Of a stretch of 64,000 nucleotides of DNA, positions 26,060-34,953 are shown in pieces (position 1 is the first letter of the stretch; every line of letters begins with the position of its first letter). The DNA is from a virus. The DNA lies in UHGV virus genome UHGV-0090252; one strand, given 5' to 3'. The notes under the pieces are model-generated. The model was given only the letters and a program-made list of their open reading frames with translations, was not told where the DNA came from and did not search any database. The position numbers and the translations under genes were made by a program.

Positions 26060-26270
26060 GGCGACAGCCCCACCTACACCCACCTACCTGCACAATTCTC
26101 AAATGATTTTTCTTGCCCGACCTGATTTTTCTCTGCACGTTTTGAAAATGAAAAAGCTCTTTGGAGATTACCTGCACAGTTTGAAAATGAATTTTCTCTT
26201 TGGAGTTCAAAATTCTCTCTACAGATTTCTCTATAGAAATATACCTGCACAATTCTGAAATGAAAAAGCC
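26060..26270. repeat. array of four imperfect ~22-bp direct repeats (CCTGCACARTTYTSAAATGA) plus CCCACCTACACCCACCTACC
   Basis: copies at about 26086, 26128, 26171 and 26245 in the 500-bp non-coding gap upstream of the small-gene array. Confidence 0.6.
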
Positions 26271-26336
26271 CTCCTTACCTGAAAAATTTACCAGATAAGA
26301 AAGGCTTAGTCTATTGTGAATATCCTACGAAGTTTC

Positions 26337-27122
26337 TTAGTTCTTTGCGTCTAAGAAGGTAACTTCTGGCGAAGAGAAAACTGTCTCGATATCCTCATCA
26401 GTTCTTGCATAGATGTAGGTGTCTGCATCGCTACCAAATGTCACGGCAATTCTATGATTGCTCTTCGACAGGTGGGTAACTAGAGCGTTACTTAGAGACA
26501 TCTTTTCAACCGGAGGGTTACTTTGATGTATCTTACCTTTTCTTCGTCTGAAGAGGGTAACTGCATTATCCGTGAACACAACTACACCTGCAAAGTATTC
26601 TGGTTCACAGTAGTTCTTCCAACCTGAGCGTAACTTGTGGTACATCTCTCCTTCATAGACATACAGATAAACATCCACACTCTTCATCACCTGATTGATG
26701 ATAACTGTGACAGCTTGAGGGTCAAGTCCACCAATACCTGCACCAATCATAGGTAAACCAACTTTCTTCAACTGATTGACTTCACAGTATCTGTTAAGCT
26801 GTTTCAAAGATGACTCTAAAGCACTGTATCGTGCATCTTTACCAGTATGAAGTTGGGTGTAAAGGTTAGCTATACGACCTTGTTTTAAACGTGCTACAGA
26901 TAAATTACCTAGTAAATTTTCACAGGGTTTGTGACGAATGCCACCTGCAAACAGGTAAACTTCTGTGTCAGTATCATACACTTTTGGATAACGCTTAGAA
27001 ATAGTTGCTGCAATACCTGCACCCATGAAATTCATACAGTTGCAACCATGACCAATGATATCAAATTTACCTTTATCAAATGCTTCAAAGATATCACCTT
27101 TGATGATTTTTACAATACCCAT
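26337..27122 (-). CDS. macro-domain protein (ADP-ribose binding/processing fold) with about 100-aa C-terminal extension
   Basis: 261 aa; GDIFE, FDIIGHGCNCMNFMGAGIA and LPMIGAGIGGL match the diphosphate-binding loops of macro domains. Confidence 0.7.
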   Translation of the reverse strand: MGIVKIIKGDIFEAFDKGKFDIIGHGCNCMNFMGAGIAATISKRYPKVYDTDTEVYLFAGGIRHKPCENLLGNLSVARLKQGRIANLYTQLHTGKDARYSALESSLKQLNRYCEVNQLKKVGLPMIGAGIGGLDPQAVTVIINQVMKSVDVYLYVYEGEMYHKLRSGWKNYCEPEYFAGVVVFTDNAVTLFRRRKGKIHQSNPPVEKMSLSNALVTHLSKSNHRIAVTFGSDADTYIYARTDEDIETVFSSPEVTFLDAKN

Positions 27123-27323
27123 TTAACATCTCTCCCAAGATTCTTTATCTTCTGAAGGTTTTACACGCTGTCCTTCGTGGTCTACCCAGATGCACCCACA
27201 ACCTTCACAGATTACTGGCATTGCATAGCCAGCCTTAAAGTCATCTTCAGTGATGAGACCTTTTAAGTCACCTGTATCACGTCCGAACATTTCGATAGAA
27301 CAATCTTTGCAGAAGTCAGCCAT
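27123..27323 (-). CDS. hypothetical zinc-ribbon protein
   Basis: ORF track trimmed to internal ATG (MADFCKDC...CEGCGC) because the upstream extension overlaps the preceding ORF. Confidence 0.45.
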   Translation of the reverse strand: MADFCKDCSIEMFGRDTGDLKGLITEDDFKAGYAMPVICEGCGCIWVDHEGQRVKPSEDKESWERC

Positions 27324-27543
27324 GAATAATTGCCTCTTGAATGATAATACCTTTACCACAACGACTTTTAAAGTCTTCCAATGGTTCAGAGATGAAGCCA
27401 CGTAAGCAGTCAGTGAATACTAAGTTTTTCCTGTAAGCTATCACATCATTTGCTGTAAATGGGATGACCTCATTTCGTCCAATGAACACTGCTGACCTGA
27501 TAAGTTTTCGTGTCTTTTTATCTCTGGCTAGTATTACTTTCAT
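27316..27543 (-). CDS. hypothetical protein (75 aa)
   Basis: ORF in minus-strand run. Confidence 0.45.
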   Translation of the reverse strand: MKVILARDKKTRKLIRSAVFIGRNEVIPFTANDVIAYRKNLVFTDCLRGFISEPLEDFKSRCGKGIIIQEAIIHG

Positions 27544-27844
27544 AGTTTACCTTCTCAGTTAGCTCATATAAATCAACATGCTCAATACTGTCAATGTTGA
27601 TATTAATCTTTTTGAAACGTTCTATCACTTCGTTATCAGTCATCCATATCAGACACCAATGATTCTGGATGGATTCTTCAAGAAGGTCAACACAATCTTT
27701 AAAAGTTTTTGTATCACTTCTTGTTCCTACTACTGCGATTGTTCCATACAGCCACTTACCATTGCCATAAGTTACTTGTGCTACACCAACCTCTTTACCT
27801 TTCTCGTAGTAAACGGCTACAAAGTCTCTTCCATTAATCTGCAT
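27518..27844 (-). CDS. hypothetical protein (108 aa)
   Basis: ORF in minus-strand run. Confidence 0.45.
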   Translation of the reverse strand: MQINGRDFVAVYYEKGKEVGVAQVTYGNGKWLYGTIAVVGTRSDTKTFKDCVDLLEESIQNHWCLIWMTDNEVIERFKKININIDSIEHVDLYELTEKVNYESNTSQR

Positions 27845-27846
27845 AG

Positions 27847-28116
27847 TTACTTCCTCGTTTTGAGAACTGCTAAGATTTCTTTAGAGTCTGGTAAGAACCA
27901 TGTGTAGTGATTCTCTTTGATTTCTGGATGAGTGTCAACCTTTATTTTGCAGTCTTTACCGACATGCTTAAGCTGTGCTGTGACACCTTGCATAAAGATA
28001 TGACACATCACATTATCCATAATGGTTGGTATGAAGTCAATTCGCATATAAGTTTCTTTTGGTCGTGGTAACAGTAAGTAACCTTCTACATAGAAAGTAT
28101 CTTCATTCTCTGTCAT
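27847..28116 (-). CDS. hypothetical protein (89 aa)
   Basis: ORF in minus-strand run. Confidence 0.45.
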   Translation of the reverse strand: MTENEDTFYVEGYLLLPRPKETYMRIDFIPTIMDNVMCHIFMQGVTAQLKHVGKDCKIKVDTHPEIKENHYTWFLPDSKEILAVLKTRK

Positions 28117-28382
28117 TGCTGCTTATTCCCTAATAAAATCATGTCAATAAGGTTGTTAGCTTTGATTGTGCACTGGTAAAAGCCGTCACGATAGAACTCA
28201 AGGGCTGCTGCTACATCACTGCCTGTGTTGCCTTTGATGATATACCGTGATTCTTCTTGAGTGTACTTATCACTCTCACTTACTTGGGAGTTTTTGAATG
28301 TACTGCTCACTTTGTTCGTTGAACACCCTGACATAGTTATCAGTAACACAAACATTATAAAACTCTGGCTTAGTTTTTTCAT
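28113..28382 (-). CDS. lipoprotein (possible o-spanin)
   Basis: 89 aa; signal peptide with lipobox LITMSGC; start embedded in 3' end of upstream TM-protein gene in a different frame. Confidence 0.45.
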   Translation of the reverse strand: MKKLSQSFIMFVLLITMSGCSTNKVSSTFKNSQVSESDKYTQEESRYIIKGNTGSDVAAALEFYRDGFYQCTIKANNLIDMILLGNKQQ

Positions 28383-28623
28383 ATGTTAGTACCTCTTTTG
28401 TATGCTTATTCTTAGCAAGCACATCCTTCAAATCATTTTTGTAATTGGTGCTCAATGTTACTAATCCTTCCTGATAAGCATCTTTAGCAACACTTATGAG
28501 CTTTTGATTGTTTAGCTCAGTTTCAGCAACTTGATAGTCTCTGTAAGAGTATCCTCCCCAGACACCTGCCCCAACTAAGAAAACAATTATGAAAGTAGCT
28601 TGACAGAACTCTTTAAATGTCAT
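28276..28623 (-). CDS. N-terminal TM protein with predicted coiled-coil (possible i-spanin)
   Basis: 115 aa; TM segment ATFIIVFLVGAGVWGG then helical periplasmic-type sequence; overlaps the lipoprotein gene. Confidence 0.45.
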   Translation of the reverse strand: MTFKEFCQATFIIVFLVGAGVWGGYSYRDYQVAETELNNQKLISVAKDAYQEGLVTLSTNYKNDLKDVLAKNKHTKEVLTYEKTKPEFYNVCVTDNYVRVFNEQSEQYIQKLPSK

Positions 28624-28642
28624 TTAACAATCTCCTGAAATG

Positions 28643-28663
28643 AAAAAGGCTCCCGAAGGAGCC
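28643..28663 (-). terminator. rho-independent terminator
   Basis: GGCTCC-CGAA-GGAGCC hairpin with AAAAA on plus strand to the left. Confidence 0.65.
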
Positions 28664-28675
28664 TGTATCTTAACC

Positions 28676-29140
28676 TTAACCGAGGACTTTAGCAAGGACA
28701 TTTGCAGCCATCGAAGAAGCTTTTGCAGCAGCAGCTACCCCAGCTTTGACAGTGCTATCCTTGATAGCAGATACCGTTGCAGCATCAGTAAAGAGGTAAG
28801 TAGTTGTTTTAGAACCACTTGTGAAGGAAAGCATAAGAGCAGTTTCCAGATTGAAAGAGCGATACGGAGCACCTTCTTTAACGATACCTTCAGCACCTAA
28901 CTCTGAAGCCATACCCATATCATAGATAGTCATCAGGTTTTCTTTGTGTGCAGTCGTTGAACCAGCACCTTTGACGTGTTTCTTAACATTCAGAAGAGCA
29001 CGATACTCTCGGATGTTACCGTCTGCTTTTACATTGACAGCACGGAAGATTTTACCCTCAAAGTTGCTTTTGATAATGTTACGAACTACTTCAGATTTGT
29101 TTGCTGTAACGTCCAGTGCTACCGTAATGATATTGTTCAT
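28676..29140 (-). CDS. hypothetical protein (154 aa)
   Basis: ORF followed by terminator; no motif recognised. Confidence 0.5.
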   Translation of the reverse strand: MNNIITVALDVTANKSEVVRNIIKSNFEGKIFRAVNVKADGNIREYRALLNVKKHVKGAGSTTAHKENLMTIYDMGMASELGAEGIVKEGAPYRSFNLETALMLSFTSGSKTTTYLFTDAATVSAIKDSTVKAGVAAAAKASSMAANVLAKVLG

Positions 29141-29150
29141 AAGTTTTCTC

Positions 29151-29846
29151 TCAATGTTTTACTAACATAGTTTTAATGTGTGGAAGGATTCTGTTCACCT
29201 TCTGCACATTCTTCTCTGTATCTTCTATAAAACATACTATATCAAAGTAAGGCAGAATGCAAGACTGAATCATCCTCACTTTCAAACTTTCTGCACTTAT
29301 AGAGTTAGTCCCAAAACCACGCATAAAAAGCATGTAATCATGCTCTATGTAATGCCTTAAAAACATCTCAGTAGGTATTCTCTGAGATTCACCTCTCGCT
29401 GTCAAGAGTCCAATGGCGGCATGATTAGCAATTGCGTCAATGATGTTGAAAACATACGTTGGTTTTGCTCTTACAGAGTCAAGCAAATTAGTGTACTGTG
29501 AAAATGACCCATCAATCAATTCCATTGAGCAATCTTCGTGATTAAAATTTGTAAGAACACCATCAATGTCTGCTAAGATAAGGTTACCTTTTTCTACAAG
29601 GTCTTTATTGACTATGACTAAGCTATCACGACTTACACCTATAGTTTGTCCAGTCTCTTTATCTACAACATTCACAATTGGCTCTGATGTGTGGAACTCT
29701 TCGAGTGAACATACGACTTCTCTTGCGGTGTCTTCAAAATCCCTACACTGTTCTGGAGTACATACACAGGAATCAAGACCTAACTCATGAGGATGTAAGT
29801 CGTAAGCATGACACAGTACTTCATCAGACTTTTTTAATTTTTTCAT
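29151..29846 (-). CDS. HAD-superfamily hydrolase-like protein (possible 5'(3')-deoxyribonucleotidase) with Cys/His-rich N-terminal extension
   Basis: 231 aa; LILADIDGVLTNF resembles HAD motif I DxDGVL of deoxynucleotidases. Confidence 0.45.
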   Translation of the reverse strand: MKKLKKSDEVLCHAYDLHPHELGLDSCVCTPEQCRDFEDTAREVVCSLEEFHTSEPIVNVVDKETGQTIGVSRDSLVIVNKDLVEKGNLILADIDGVLTNFNHEDCSMELIDGSFSQYTNLLDSVRAKPTYVFNIIDAIANHAAIGLLTARGESQRIPTEMFLRHYIEHDYMLFMRGFGTNSISAESLKVRMIQSCILPYFDIVCFIEDTEKNVQKVNRILPHIKTMLVKH

Positions 29847-30372
29847 GGTTTACCTTAGAAATGTTTGTTGCAAATTCACATTGAGCAATAACTTTCATGT
29901 TGTTATAGACATCTTGAGAATATTTCTTAGCTTTAGGGATTCTGTACGAATACCCAGCATTATATGATGCTAAAACTTTTTGTAAAGTCTTCTTTGACTT
30001 TGGCTGACCATGCACCTTTGTCCAAAACTCAAGTTCTTTGTGCGTTTCCTTCGCAGCATAGTTAAAGTCTTTTAAGAGTTTCTTTTTAGCCACATTAGGA
30101 CTAATTTTGTTACGCTTTACAACAGTCTTCAAGTGATTCTGGAAAATACCATAATCATGTGTCTTTTTATTCTCTACCTTCAGACCTAACTCTGACTCTT
30201 GTAAGGCTATAGCAGCTAGAGTGATACCCCAACCTTTACCCATGTTGTTCTCACCATACTGGTAAGCTTTTAACATGTTTACTTTTTGGCTAATTGATAG
30301 CTCTGGGCAGTCAACTGCATAAGATAAGTGTGCTGTAAACATTAAGCACAAACCTAGAATCAATTTCTTCAT
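29824..30372 (-). CDS. secreted lytic transglycosylase-like protein
   Basis: 182 aa; N-terminal signal peptide; AIALQESELG ... YGIFQ resembles the catalytic ES...GLMQ region of Slt-family enzymes. Confidence 0.5.
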   Translation of the reverse strand: MKKLILGLCLMFTAHLSYAVDCPELSISQKVNMLKAYQYGENNMGKGWGITLAAIALQESELGLKVENKKTHDYGIFQNHLKTVVKRNKISPNVAKKKLLKDFNYAAKETHKELEFWTKVHGQPKSKKTLQKVLASYNAGYSYRIPKAKKYSQDVYNNMKVIAQCEFATNISKVNHEKIKKV

Positions 30373-30432
30373 TGGTTCTCCTGTTTAGTTTATCGTGACA
30401 ACAATTATACAGCACTCTGCACAAAATACAAA

Positions 30433-30458
30433 TAAAAAAGGCCGCCGAAGCAGCCTTT
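30433..30458 (-). terminator. bidirectional-type terminator downstream of rIIB
   Basis: GGCCGC-CGAA-GCAGCC hairpin flanked by AAAAAA on the left and TTTT on the right. Confidence 0.55.
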
Positions 30459-30472
30459 TAAGAAATTACTTA

Positions 30473-31582
30473 TTAGATTTCACGTTTACGCTGAGAGATG
30501 AGTTCACCAGCAGTACCAACGATGACATGTAAAGCTTCAGTCTTGCCATCCCATGCTTTCAACACTTTACGTTGATTATCAACGATTGCTGCAACTTCAT
30601 AACGAGATGAGCGCATCTTCATATCGTTGTAATCAGTTGGAACAGATACAACATCTCGTGGATGGACACGAACCTTCAGAATTGTATCACCTGAGAAACA
30701 ACGAACATAATCCCAAGCACCAACGTGAAGACCTTGAGAGCAAGTCACGTTACGGTTATTATCAACCATCCAACGTGGCATTTCTACAACGTTGCCCAAA
30801 TCATTAGGCACTCTGTAGGTGTGAGAATCAACCAGCTTGCCTTCACGAGTAGAGACTTTCTTCCAACCAATGATGTAGCCTTCTTCATCAATTTCAACAT
30901 CAAGGTGAGATACGAAGCCCCAAAGTTGTTCTACAGAGTCTTTAGATGGGTTTTCCATCAGTTTTTCGAAGAACATCACAAGGCGTTCAAAGCCTTTATC
31001 CCCAGTCTTCATCATGTGAAGAATACGGTCAACCAGAGTAGAACGCATCTCAACAGCACCGTAGAACAGCTTGTCACCTTTGATTGTGATAGCACCCTGA
31101 GTGAAGTTCTCGATAGACTTACGAATGTTCATCAGTTCAAAGGCTTTCTTAAACTCACCTTTCACAACATGAACTACAATCTCTTGATAGTTCGGATGAG
31201 TAGACTCAACAATTTCAGATTCTGAACCGTAAGTCATAATTACAGAGTCACCAGTAATCATGTACTCTATCTTGTCATCTTTCTGCATAGCTTCATGCAG
31301 TTTATTTACTGGAGCTTTCTGTACAGACTCTTTAACGACCTTTTCAACTTGTTTGCCAGATTTCTTTTTAAAAGTCTTAGCAACTTGTTTCAAAGTCTTC
31401 GTAGCTGGTGTAGAAGTCGCCTTCTTATTACCTTTTAAGGTTGCTTCATGACGCTCTACAGCACGACCAACTGAACGGGTTGAAGTATTAAATTTCTGTG
31501 CAATAGCTGTTTTAGTCAGCTTACCTTCTTTAACCAGTTTGTAAATTTCTGCGTCAATCTGTGCTTTAGTTTTAGTAGTCAT
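30473..31582 (-). CDS. rIIB: rIIB-like protein
   Basis: 369 aa; C-terminal CSQGLHVGAWDYVRCFSGDTILKVRVHPRDVVSVPTDYNDMKMR and central LFYGAVEMRSTLVDRIL match T4 rIIB as recalled; adjacent to rIIA. Confidence 0.75.
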   Translation of the reverse strand: MTTKTKAQIDAEIYKLVKEGKLTKTAIAQKFNTSTRSVGRAVERHEATLKGNKKATSTPATKTLKQVAKTFKKKSGKQVEKVVKESVQKAPVNKLHEAMQKDDKIEYMITGDSVIMTYGSESEIVESTHPNYQEIVVHVVKGEFKKAFELMNIRKSIENFTQGAITIKGDKLFYGAVEMRSTLVDRILHMMKTGDKGFERLVMFFEKLMENPSKDSVEQLWGFVSHLDVEIDEEGYIIGWKKVSTREGKLVDSHTYRVPNDLGNVVEMPRWMVDNNRNVTCSQGLHVGAWDYVRCFSGDTILKVRVHPRDVVSVPTDYNDMKMRSSRYEVAAIVDNQRKVLKAWDGKTEALHVIVGTAGELISQRKREI

Positions 31583-31661
31583 CTTATTACTCTCTCTTGT
31601 TAGTTAATAAATCATTTTGTGAGGTTATTCTAAGGGGCTTCAAAGCCCCTTGTCAAACACT

Positions 31662-34028
31662 TTAATCGTAAACTGTTGTACCTTCTGGAACACATTTTAC
31701 ATCAAAGCCTAAGAACTTACTCACTTCGATGGGGGACACTTTATTCCAATCTAAATGAGAAAGCAAGAAGTTTTCTTGTTTTCTTTTTGAAAGGTAGTTT
31801 GTCACCTTAATGACCATGCGGTCACCAGCTTTCTTAATTTTCTTGTACAGCTTTGTATCATTGTCAAGGCATTCTTTCAAAGTTTGCAATCTACTAATAG
31901 TGTAAGTGTATGCAAACGGTGCAGCAACGTATTGGATTTTACCAAACATTGCCTCAACAGCATCTTCATTACCTTCTAAGAAGATAGTTTTGTTTGTGTC
32001 TCGTGAATAGCAATAGCCACGAGAAATCTTCCTGTTATTGAACGTAAAGTTTCTGGCAATAATCCAGCTACTTGTAAGGTCAAGAACACCATTCATGTAG
32101 ATGCGTGTCATATACCTGTTATGATTAATCCAATGAACATCAGTTAAGCTGTCGTTCAAGAGCTTCTCATCTACTTCAATCCAGTCTTCTGGTATCTTTT
32201 TCCAATTTGCTTTTCGGAAAACATAGACTGTCTTTCCAATAACATTAGCAACTGACTTAGCTACATCTTCTGGGGATGAGCAAAAACATTCACCATCAAC
32301 TGTGTCACCAATTGCCTTAATGTAAAGCTGAGGTTCTTCAATTGTGTCTAAGTCCTCTGAAACCTCTTTATAGGAAGCTACACCTTCTGCTGGAACAGCT
32401 TTCCAGAGTTTTACAACACCCCTTACAGCTTCTTTGCGCTGGTAATGGTGCTCCTTATCAGACATTTTCACAATCTTTAACAAGCTTTTATCAAGTTTGT
32501 GTAGATTGATTAAATCATCTAACTCTTTTTCAGTCGAGAATACAAACACAATACCATTGTATCTGTGGAACAAACTTGACTCGTTGGCGTAGTCTCGACA
32601 TGCACCACGCAGAATCTGATTGCGGCCTACAGTCTTCTCAGTACCATTTTTATTGCGACGGTCATTAATAACAAACAAAAACTGTTCAATTTGACTTTTA
32701 CGCATTGCACCAAAGATATTGAACATGCTTGCTTCTTGAGTGTAGGAAAGTGCTGTTGCACGAATCTTACTCTCTAAAGAGTTAAACTTAACATAAGCAA
32801 CTGGATTGTATAGGTAGTCAACTTTAGGGATATTGTTTCCTTTGCTGTCAACCTTAATATTGCCTTTGCCGTCACGTTCATAGATGACTGAGCCGTCTTC
32901 TGCGTAGATAATTCCACGACGAATGTTTAGCAATTCTTCTTCCAGAGAATCAAGCTTAACACCTCCCCACTCTAGCTTTGGACACACAGCATTAAACATT
33001 TCTCGTGAGTTCAAACGTAATTCTGCATAAGCCTGTGCAGCATCCATGAGTGTAGGTTGGCTATTAACCCCCTTAATAACATCCCTTGTAATTGCTTCAG
33101 TTATCTTTTTGGTAGCCTCAATGATGACATTTTTTGTCGTATCATTCATCTGCAATGCTTCACGAGAAGCTGCAATAGCCACTGAACCAATAGGCATGTA
33201 GATGTTTACAAGGTCTACGCTCCTACGGAAAAATTCTGGCAAGACTTTGAAGAAATCATCACCAAGTAATGCTTCCATATTAACTGGGTAGGCAATATTA
33301 CCCATTACCACATTAAAATCTGTCCTGTTGCCACTAGAACGCCAGCTTTGCTTATGAATCATAGCATCATAAACACCTTCTTCACGGGCAATGACGTTCA
33401 TATCTGCTAACACGTCATCATACACAATGTTACTTTCTGGTTTTACAGCAAAGTATGAGTATACGTGACCAGCCTCTTCAAAGAACTTTGAAATACGGTG
33501 GTCAGCAACTGCCACACGTACAGCTAAGCCATTAGGTTCATTTGTTGGGTTAGTAGTAAGCTTAGTCACTTGAGGGATACCATTCTCAAGGTAAACAGAG
33601 TATTTATTAACAACACCATCAACATAGCTAGACACCGTGAATGACTGAGCAATTGCAAACGGTGACTTTGAGCCGATACCCATTGCACCAATGTAGTCAT
33701 TAGAGTCGTTCTTCGTAGAAGCCCCGTAGTTCAGGTACAAACTCATTACTTTGTCATGGGTTAAACCAGTTCCAAAGTCACGGACTTCAAAGTAAGGCTC
33801 AAATCGAGTAGGCAAATGCACATGGAATGGGATGTTCTCTTTTCCAGCTTCTTTCTGAGCATCTACTGCATTACATGACAGTTCACGAATCACTGCCCTT
33901 TCTTTGAAAGTGTATACACCAGAACTCAGAAGGCTGAACATTTCAGGTGTCATTGTAATCTGTGCTTGAGATGTCTCCAAAGAAGTTGAACTCTTAATCA
34001 CTTCTGCGTGGTCGTTTACCATGCGCAT
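31662..34028 (-). CDS. rIIA: rIIA-like protein (GHKL-type ATPase fold)
   Basis: 788 aa; N-terminal AVIRELSCNAVDAQ ... VRDFGTGLT ... NYGASTK ... GAMGIGSKSPF matches T4 rIIA as recalled. Confidence 0.75.
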   Translation of the reverse strand: MRMVNDHAEVIKSSTSLETSQAQITMTPEMFSLLSSGVYTFKERAVIRELSCNAVDAQKEAGKENIPFHVHLPTRFEPYFEVRDFGTGLTHDKVMSLYLNYGASTKNDSNDYIGAMGIGSKSPFAIAQSFTVSSYVDGVVNKYSVYLENGIPQVTKLTTNPTNEPNGLAVRVAVADHRISKFFEEAGHVYSYFAVKPESNIVYDDVLADMNVIAREEGVYDAMIHKQSWRSSGNRTDFNVVMGNIAYPVNMEALLGDDFFKVLPEFFRRSVDLVNIYMPIGSVAIAASREALQMNDTTKNVIIEATKKITEAITRDVIKGVNSQPTLMDAAQAYAELRLNSREMFNAVCPKLEWGGVKLDSLEEELLNIRRGIIYAEDGSVIYERDGKGNIKVDSKGNNIPKVDYLYNPVAYVKFNSLESKIRATALSYTQEASMFNIFGAMRKSQIEQFLFVINDRRNKNGTEKTVGRNQILRGACRDYANESSLFHRYNGIVFVFSTEKELDDLINLHKLDKSLLKIVKMSDKEHHYQRKEAVRGVVKLWKAVPAEGVASYKEVSEDLDTIEEPQLYIKAIGDTVDGECFCSSPEDVAKSVANVIGKTVYVFRKANWKKIPEDWIEVDEKLLNDSLTDVHWINHNRYMTRIYMNGVLDLTSSWIIARNFTFNNRKISRGYCYSRDTNKTIFLEGNEDAVEAMFGKIQYVAAPFAYTYTISRLQTLKECLDNDTKLYKKIKKAGDRMVIKVTNYLSKRKQENFLLSHLDWNKVSPIEVSKFLGFDVKCVPEGTTVYD

Positions 34029-34214
34029 AATACTTTCCTCTTAGTTTGCTGTTAAATCACTTATTAAACATTTTACCAGAACCACCACACATAGGGCAAC
34101 AGCCTGCTCTTGTATACCCTTCCCCGTTGCAGCAGTCGCACTTCTTGTGCTCTGCATAGTAATTGCAAAGAAGGTAAACAAATACTGCTACACTACCAAG
34201 TGACAGTAAAATTT

Positions 34215-34562
34215 CTATCCAATATGCTTGCATGACTCACCTCTCATATTTTTGTAAAGGATAAAGCTTCTGTCATGGACGATACTTGTAGACACTGCAA
34301 AGTTACTTTCAAGCATCTGTTTATTTGGATTGTAGAAGTTTTCTTTAAACTCATCAAGAGCAAATTGGTGATGTTGTGGAAGACCTTTTACACAGACTTT
34401 TATTGTGATTGCTGCTGCAACCTTACCCGTAAGTTCTTCTTTAGCTGCTACTAAAATTTTGTTAAGAAACTTTTTACCATCTTCAGGTTTCTTAATGTTT
34501 TCCCAACGTTCTTCTAGGACAACGTTGATGTTCATCTCTTTGATTTTCATAACTTTTACCAA
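34215..34562 (-). CDS. hypothetical protein (115 aa)
   Basis: ORF in minus-strand run. Confidence 0.5.
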   Translation of the reverse strand: MVKVMKIKEMNINVVLEERWENIKKPEDGKKFLNKILVAAKEELTGKVAAAITIKVCVKGLPQHHQFALDEFKENFYNPNKQMLESNFAVSTSIVHDRSFILYKNMRGESCKHIG

Positions 34563-34900
34563 GTCCAGTTAACAAGTATACCATCAAAACCTTTTGCTAA
34601 AGGTACACCCTCATGTTCATAAAATTCAGGATTAACTTCGAATCCACGATTCTCAATATACTCTATCATGTATTCCATTACAAAGCTAATCTCTTCATAG
34701 TCATCTGGGTCTCTGCCAAAGAACTGTTCTATGACAAACATACCCTCTTTCGTAGCAAACTGACAATGGTGATTATAGATACCTTCACAGAACTTTTCAA
34801 ACTTTTCCTTACCGAGAACTTCAAGGATGTCTGTATAGGCAACTTGTAAGTATTTAGGTTGTACAGGTTTCTTGTTAAACCATATAGAAAGGCTATCCAT
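34556..34900 (-). CDS. hypothetical acidic protein (114 aa)
   Basis: ORF in minus-strand run. Confidence 0.5.
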   Translation of the reverse strand: MDSLSIWFNKKPVQPKYLQVAYTDILEVLGKEKFEKFCEGIYNHHCQFATKEGMFVIEQFFGRDPDDYEEISFVMEYMIEYIENRGFEVNPEFYEHEGVPLAKGFDGILVNWTW

Positions 34901-34917
34901 AGTTTTCTCCAGAAATT

Positions 34918-34938
34918 AAAAAGGCTCCCGTAGGAGCC
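34918..34938 (-). terminator. rho-independent terminator after the NAMPT-like gene
   Basis: GGCTCC-CGTA-GGAGCC hairpin with AAAAA on plus strand to the left. Confidence 0.65.
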
Positions 34939-34953
34939 TCTTATCATATACTT

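Noticed and set aside
25907-26258. Small ORFs (66-72 aa, both strands) in the repeat-containing gap upstream of the small-gene array
   Set aside because: They span the direct repeats, lack RBS and have repetitive low-complexity translations; treated as non-coding.
26060-26270. Possible CRISPR array in the direct-repeat region
   Set aside because: Repeats are only about 20 bp, imperfect, irregularly spaced and AT-rich, with no cas genes; more consistent with promoter or operator repeats.
30553-31451. Plus-strand ORFs (84, 166 and 63 aa) inside rIIB
   Set aside because: Antisense shadow ORFs within a well-supported minus-strand gene; no independent signals.
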